From Eledone cirrhosa (Eukaryota), in NCBI GenBank assembly GCA_964016885.1, contig OZ024755.1:16988001-17052000 (forward strand): a DNA stretch of 64,000 bases. Direction: 5' to 3'. Under the pieces are notes generated by a model that was given only the letters and a program-made list of their open reading frames with translations, did not search any database and was not told the DNA's origin. Position numbers and translations under genes: made by a program. Position 1 is the first letter of the stretch, and each line of letters opens with the position of its first letter. Shown in pieces: positions 56,455 through 64,000 of this stretch.

Positions 56455-57450
56455 GGCGGTGGATTGGCAGTATCGGTAGAGGGTCGGACGCCATGCTTTG
56501 CAGCACAGTTACTTCCCTTTACGGACTGAGTTCAAATCCCGCCGAGGTTAACTTTGCCTTTCATCCTTACGGGGTCGATAAAATAAAGTACCAGTAATAC
56601 ACTGAGGTAATTGCTGGCCTTGTGCCAAAAGTAGAAACAATTATTATTATTGGCGGTGGATTGGCAGTATCGGAAGAGGGTCCGACGCCATGCTTTGCAG
56701 CACAGTTACTTCCCTTTACGGACTGAGTTCAAATCCCGCCGAGGTTAACTTTGCCTTTCATCCTTACGGGGTCGATAAAATAAAGTACCAGTAATACACT
56801 GAGGTAATTGCTGGCCTTGTGCCAAAAGTAGAAACAATTATTATTATTGGCGGTGGATTGGCAGTATCGGAAGAGGGTCCGACGCCATGCTTTGCAGCAC
56901 AGTTACTTCCCTTTACGGACTGAGTTCAAATCCCGCCGAGGTTAACTTTGCCTTTCATCCTTACGGGGTCGATAAAATAAAGTACCAGTAATACACTGAG
57001 GTAATTGCTGGCCTTGTGCCAAAAGTAGAAACAATTATTATTATTGGCGGTGGATTGGCAGTATCGGAAGAGGGTCCGACGCCATGCTTTGCAGCACAGT
57101 TACTTCCCTTTACGGACTGAGTTCAAATCCCGCCGAGGTTAACTTTGCCTTTCATCCTTACGGGGTCGATAAAATAAAGTACCAGTAATACACTGAGGTA
57201 ATTGCTGGCCTTGTGCCAAAAGTAGAAACAATTATTATTATTGGCGGTGGATTGGCAGTATCGGAAGAGGGTCCGACACCATGCTTTTCAGCATAGAGTT
57301 ACGGCTCTTTTAACTTTGCCTTTCATCCTTACGGGGTCGATAAAATAAAGTACCAGTCATGCACTGGGGGTCAATTGCATCGACTTTTCCCTCCCCCAAA
57401 GTTGCTGGCCTTGTGCCTATATAAGAAACCATTATTATTATTATTGTTAT
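56455..57450 (+). mobile_element. Tandem array of five tRNA-derived SINEs (197-bp period)
   Basis: Units start at 56455, 56652, 56849, 57046, 57243; A-box TGGCAGTATCGG, B-box GAGTTCAAATCC, (ATT)n tails. Confidence 0.9.
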
Positions 57451-57455
57451 TATAT

Positions 57456-57820
57456 ATACTAGACCACCCGTGACCTGTTGGGTCTCGTTAGCTTAAAAAT
57501 ATTATGTTCACTTAAAAATAATTTTTAAATAATTAAAATATATACAGACATGTATATAATGTAACATGGAATTTTCAATCTATTCTTTCACAACCACTAT
57601 CTCTTTCTCTCTGTCTTTCTCTATCTTTATTTATGAAGGTACCTGGAAAAACCCCGTTTCTTGGGAACCTGTGCTCCGTTTTATGTGAAACTTGTTTTAT
57701 TCCATTTGTATTCCCATTTCAGGAACAACTTCCTTTCAAAGTATTTTCCCATTATGCGTCGTTTTGTCTGTATTAAATTACAGATAATTACACAATCACA
57801 GAGTTTTAGTAGTATATAGA
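57456..57820 (+). mobile_element. Possible non-autonomous Helitron-like element (similar start at ~18883)
   Basis: TATACTAG..CCCG..GGG start and ..TAGTATATAGAT end. Confidence 0.35.
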
Positions 57821-57926
57821 TACACTCTTATACATACATAAATATATATATATGTATATATACACACATACACATACACACGCACACAGTTTCTCTCTCA
57901 CATACACACACTTTCTCTTTCCCCCT

Positions 57927-57963
<37 letters not shown>

Positions 57964-57984
57964 CACACATACACACACACACAC

Positions 57985-58041
<57 letters not shown>

Positions 58042-58293
58042 CCTTCTATTTCTGTCTTTCCATAGAAATGACCAGAGAAGCATGGCACCTAAAGCTAGTC
58101 TTACTCATTAAAAGACATTCAACAACTTAGCCAGGAATGTCGTTTTACTTTAGTTTATCCGTTTAAAGCTTCTTAAAATACATAACAACCCCAAAAAACT
58201 TATCATTCCACACACGTGTGTTTTCAATAGAACTATTATTTCAGAGTTGTTTTTTTTTGTTTTCTCTTCTCATATATATATATAGCTATATAT

Positions 58294-58355
<62 letters not shown>

Positions 58356-58378
58356 GGAAATTTAGTAAAATCGAATAG

Positions 58379-58416
<38 letters not shown>

Positions 58417-58682
58417 CTATATATATATATATATATATATATATAGCTATATATATATATATATATATAGCTATATATATATATAGCTATATATATATAT
58501 ATAGCTATATATATATATATAGCTATATATATATATAGCTATATATATATATATAGCTATATATATATATATAGCTATATATATATATATAGCTATATAT
58601 ATATATAGCTATATATATATATAGCTATATATATATATAGCTATATATATATATAGCTATATATATATAGCTATATATATAG

Positions 58683-58722
<40 letters not shown>

Positions 58723-58734
58723 CTATATATATAG

Positions 58735-58773
<39 letters not shown>

Positions 58774-58775
<2 letters not shown>

Positions 58776-58938
58776 GAAGGAAATGTCGTAAGGAACCAGA
58801 TGGACCATAACGCACCAAAGTACTCAATACTTAGGGTAGTAGAGTGGGTAATAGGAACAAGTATGACCCCGACGGCAGAGCTCAACCAGAATTAGCTGTC
58901 GAAACGGCTTGAGCTCTGCCGTCGGGGTCATCCTTGTT

Positions 58939-58940
<2 letters not shown>
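58774..58940. mobile_element. Hairpin element family A, copy 4
   Basis: Same layout with a shorter left arm, in (TA)n/(TA)nGC. Confidence 0.7.
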
Positions 58941-58979
<39 letters not shown>

Positions 58980-59110
58980 CTATATATATATATATAGCTA
59001 TATATATATATATAGCTATATATATATATAGCTATATATATATATATATCTATATATATAGCTATATATATATATATCTATATATATATATAGCTATATA
59101 TATAGCTATA

Positions 59111-59178
<68 letters not shown>

Positions 59179-59280
59179 GCTATATAGGTATATATATATA
59201 TATGTAGTGAAAATTGGAACGGGAACAAAAACAGAGAGGCAGTACAAACAAAGGTTTATTAGTTTCACGCTTTTGAGAGT

Positions 59281-59338
<58 letters not shown>

Positions 59339-59689
59339 CTAATCTATATACATATATATATAATCTCTCTCTCTCTCTCTCTATATATATAATCTATATA
59401 TATATATTTTTTATTTTCCATAAAGGTGTTTCATTTGCTCCATTGCAAAGTATTGATTGTCACCCACAGCTCTTTATATCTACATGTATATTTAGTCTAG
59501 CTCTATATTGATTTGTAATAACAACACACCATTTCTCACCTCTTGTCATGAGGTAAACAAATATAATATTAAAAGCACTGCACATATATATACAAACACA
59601 TATGCACTCACACACACACACACACAAATATATACGCACTAAAAAAAACACACACATATATACACACTCTCTCTCACACACACACACAC

Positions 59690-60875
59690 ATACATACAAA
59701 CATACAGATACATGCACACACAGATAAACACACACTCACAAACACACACACACATAGAAACATACACATACAGATACATGCACACACAGATAAACACACA
59801 CTCACAAACACACACACATAGAAACATACACATACAGATACATGCACACACAGATAAACACACACTCACAAACACACACACATAGAAACATACACATACA
59901 GATACATGCACACACAGATAAACACACACTCACAAACACACACACACATACAAACATACACATACAGATACATGCACACACAGATAAACACACACTCACA
60001 AACACACACACACAAACATAAACATACAGATACATGCACACACAGATAAACACACACTCACAAACACACACACACATACAAACATACACATACAGATACA
60101 TGCACACACTCACAAACACACACACACATAGAAACATACACATACAGATACATGCACACACAGATAAACACACACTCACAAACACACACACACAAACATA
60201 CACATACAGATACATGCACACACAGATAAACACACACTCACAAACACACACACACAAACATACACATACAGATACATGCACACACAGATAAACACACACT
60301 CACAAACACACACACACATAGAAACATACACATACAGATACATACACACACAGATAAACACACACTCACAAACACACACACACATACAAACATACACATA
60401 CAGATACATGCACACACTCACAAACACACACACACATAGAAACATACACATACAGATACATGCACACACAGATAAACACACACTCACAAACACACACACA
60501 CACAAACATACACATACAGATACATGCACACACAGATAAACACACACTCACAAACACACACACACAAACATACACATACAGATACATGCACACACAGATA
60601 AACACACACTCACAAACACACACACACATAGAAACATACACATACAGATACATACACACACAGATAAACACACACTCACAAACACACACACACATACAAA
60701 CATACACATACAGATACATGCACACACAGATAAACACACACTCACAAACACACACACACATAGAAACATACACATACAGATACATGCACACACAGATAAA
60801 CACACACTCACAAACACACACACACACACAAACATACACATACAGATACATGCACACACAGATAAACACACACAA
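59690..60875. repeat. CA-rich ~60-66-bp compound minisatellite
   Basis: CATACAGATACATGCACACACAGATAAACACACACTCACAAA.. tandem. Confidence 0.9.
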
Positions 60876-61162
60876 TTATATATACTCACTAAAAAAAAAA
60901 CACAAATATATATATACACTTACACACACACACAAACACAGATGCATCCACACAGATACAAACACAGTCACACACACGCACACAAATACACATACAGATA
61001 CATTCACACAGATAAACACACACTGACAAACACATAAAAATATATACACACTCACACACACACAAATATAAACACACTTACACACATACATAGATACACT
61101 CACAGAGAGAGAGAGAGAGGAGAGATAAACTCACACATACACACAAATAAACTCACACACAC

Positions 61163-61206
<44 letters not shown>

Positions 61207-61238
61207 CTTTACTTTCAGTGTCTATTCTGATTACGTAA

Positions 61239-61286
<48 letters not shown>

Positions 61287-61318
61287 CTTTACTTTCAGTA
61301 TCTCTATTCTGATTACGT

Positions 61319-61354
<36 letters not shown>

Positions 61355-62499
61355 TTTCTCTCCTGCTTTCACACATACATACGCTCACACATATACATAT
61401 ACACACACTTCTTACTCTCACTATCTCTATCTTGCTTACACACATACACACACACATATACACTCACACACAGATCACACATATGCTCACACACATACAT
61501 ACATATACACTCACTTATTACTCTCACTATATCCCTCCTGCTTACACACATAGACACATACACACACAGACACACACATATAGACACAGAAATAAAATAA
61601 AAAAAACCTGTTTTCTGTCTTTCTTTCTCTCTTTTTTTTTGTGTTTTATTTTTTTTGTATATATATTTTTTTCTAAATCTTGTCAAAGCGTAAATGTTTG
61701 AAATATCTTGAGGTATGAAATGGAAATTAGGTTTAGAGCAGATTTTGTCAGTAAGATCTTTGATAAGCTTGTATATGATATGAAAAAAAAACAAAACAAA
61801 ACAAAAAAACACAACCCAAAAAACAAACAAGGAATTTGACAATTGTTATATTTAATTTTCTTAAGTCACGTTTTAATAAATGTCATTTTTTTTTTACCTG
61901 CAGGGTCTTAATGAAAACAAAACTGTATTGTCTATTAATGAACTTTTTTTCCTTTTTCCATTGTAAAAAAAAATATGACAGTTTTAGTTTGGCTTGAATT
62001 CTTTTCTTTAGAGCAATACCATAATTCTTATACCTGTATATTGTCTTAGTTTTGGTTTTCTTTCTGATTTATAGAAGAATGATATAGTGATATAGATGTC
62101 TTCTAAAGTCTCTCTCTTTATTTCTATAGAGACCAATGTCCCTCACAACTAGCTCGAGTTGTTCTACTATCACTAAAGCACCTCAACTCATCTTTTCACC
62201 TCTCATCACCCATATTATGTCCCCTACCAGGCCCTGCAATATTCTATTGAATACTTTTTCAAACAAAAGCTCTGAAATTCTTTTCCATCATTTTTCCTTC
62301 CTCGTACATGTTCTCCTTGCACCAGTCAACTTGCCACTGTTCAAAAGGACCATCAACTGCATCAATATCATTGGTCCCAGGGCCTCCATGAAAGCCTGAG
62401 GCACAACTCCTTCTTCTTCTTTGTCTTCGATTTCTCATTTCTGAGAGGGTCGTGGTGGCAGAGTCCTCAAACACTCCTTCCAATAGATCCTGTCCAAAT

Positions 62500-63640
62500 C
62501 ATAGTTGATGTAATGGTTGTTGTTGTGTCTTTGTTATATAACTATTTTAGTTGTTGTAATGGTTGTTGTTGTGTCTTTGTTATATAACTATTTTAGTTGA
62601 TGTAATGGTTGTTGTGTCTTTGTTATATAACTATTTTAGTTGATGTAATGGTTGTTGTGTCTTTGTTATATAACTATTTTAGTTGTTGTGATGGTTGTTG
62701 TTGTGTCTTTGTTATATAACTATTTTAGTTGATGCAATGGTTGTTGTGTCATTGTTATATAACTATTTTAGTTGTTGTGATGGTTGTTGTTGTGTCTTTG
62801 TTATATAAATATTTTAGTTGTTGTAATGGTTGTTGTGTCTTTGTTATATAAATATTTTAGTTGTTGTAATGGTTGTTGTGTCATTGTTATATAACTATTT
62901 TAGTTGTTGTAATGGTTGTTGTGTCTTTGTTATATAACTATTTTAGTTGTTGTAATGGTTGTTGTGTCTTTGTTATATAACTATTTTAGTTGTTGTAATG
63001 GTTGTTGTGTCTTTGTTATATAAATATTTTAGTTGTTGTAATGGTTGTTGTGTCATTGTTATATAACTATTTTAGTTGTTGTAATGGTTGTTGTGTCTTT
63101 GTTATATAAATATTTTAGTTGTTGTAATGGTTGTTGTGTCTTTGTTATATAAATATTTTAGTTGTTATAATGGTTGTTGTGTCTTTGTTATATAAATATT
63201 TTAGTTGTTATAATGGTTGTTGTGTCTTTGTTATATAACTATTTTAGTTGTTGTAATGGTTGTTGTGTCTTTGTTATATAAATATTTTAGTTGTTGTAAT
63301 GGTTGTTGTGTCTTTGTTATATAAATATTTTAGTTGTTGTAATGGTTGTTGTGTCATTGTTATATAAATATTTTAGTTGTTGTAATGGTTGTTGTGTCAT
63401 TGTTATATAACTATTTTAGTTGATGTAATGGTTGTTGTGTCATTGTTATATAACTATTTTAGTTGTTATAATGGTTGTTGTGTCATTGTTATATAACTAT
63501 TTTAGTTGATGTAATGGTTGTTGTTGTGTCATTGTTATATAACTATTTTAGTTGATGTAATGGTTGTTGTGTCTTTGTTATATAACTATTTTAGTTGATG
63601 TAATGGTTGTTGTGTCTTTGTTATATAACTTCTTTAGTTG
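62500..63640. repeat. 43/46-bp minisatellite
   Basis: GTTGTTGTAATGGTTGTTGTGTCTTTGTTATATAACTATTTTA tandem. Confidence 0.95.
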
Positions 63641-64000
63641 TGTCTTTGTTGAAGGATGCTGTTAACCTTTTCTAATGAACTACACTCTATTTCAATTAAT
63701 TAATGATGAATTTTGAAGGATTTACAAAAATTATTATTTTATTTCTAAGATACTAACTTAGAATATGGCCCTTATATAAAATTATATTGGAATATAATAT
63801 TTTGATTTAAATAGAAATCTTTTAATAAGGGGGTTTTGTTTCATAGAACTAGAGCCAGTATTGTCCAGGTTTGTATCAAAAGAGTTAAGGTCTCTGTTTA
63901 ATAGTTTAATGTATATCTAATGCATGGTAGGGGGCTTTGCCATTGTGAATGTAGTTGGCAATTGTTTGCAATCAGGAAGTTCTAAAGTGTAGAGGCCATT

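Noticed and set aside
61885-61965. Strong acceptor tttttacctgcag as next nesprin exon
   Set aside because: Phase-0 frame stops after ~20 codons, with no spectrin character or good donor

Overview
AT-rich, microsatellite-dense eukaryotic DNA, most likely an octopus or related cephalopod (inferred from the SINE/RTE repertoire). The whole window lies inside one + strand gene. Nine GT-AG exons (1-17, 1075-1224, 2748-2915, 3906-4043, 4732-4893, 6392-6621, 8046-8154, 12610-12930, 38384-38560) splice into one open frame of spectrin repeats that looks collinear with the N-terminal rod of nesprin-1 (SYNE1). The introns hold minisatellites, tRNA-derived SINEs, RTE LINE 3' ends, a DD37D (maT) Tc1/mariner element, mariner- and piggyBac-type MITEs, and an intron-containing tRNA-Tyr pseudogene. 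Two things stand out. (1) A set of (TA)n-targeted fold-back inserts with Penelope-like architecture, several carrying type I hammerhead ribozymes that share core and stem I/III but differ in stem II. (2) A 4455-nt intron that is open in the gene's reading frame from end to end; its only stop is the TAG of the splice acceptor. All calls were made by eye with no searches or folding runs; repeat boundaries are approximate.
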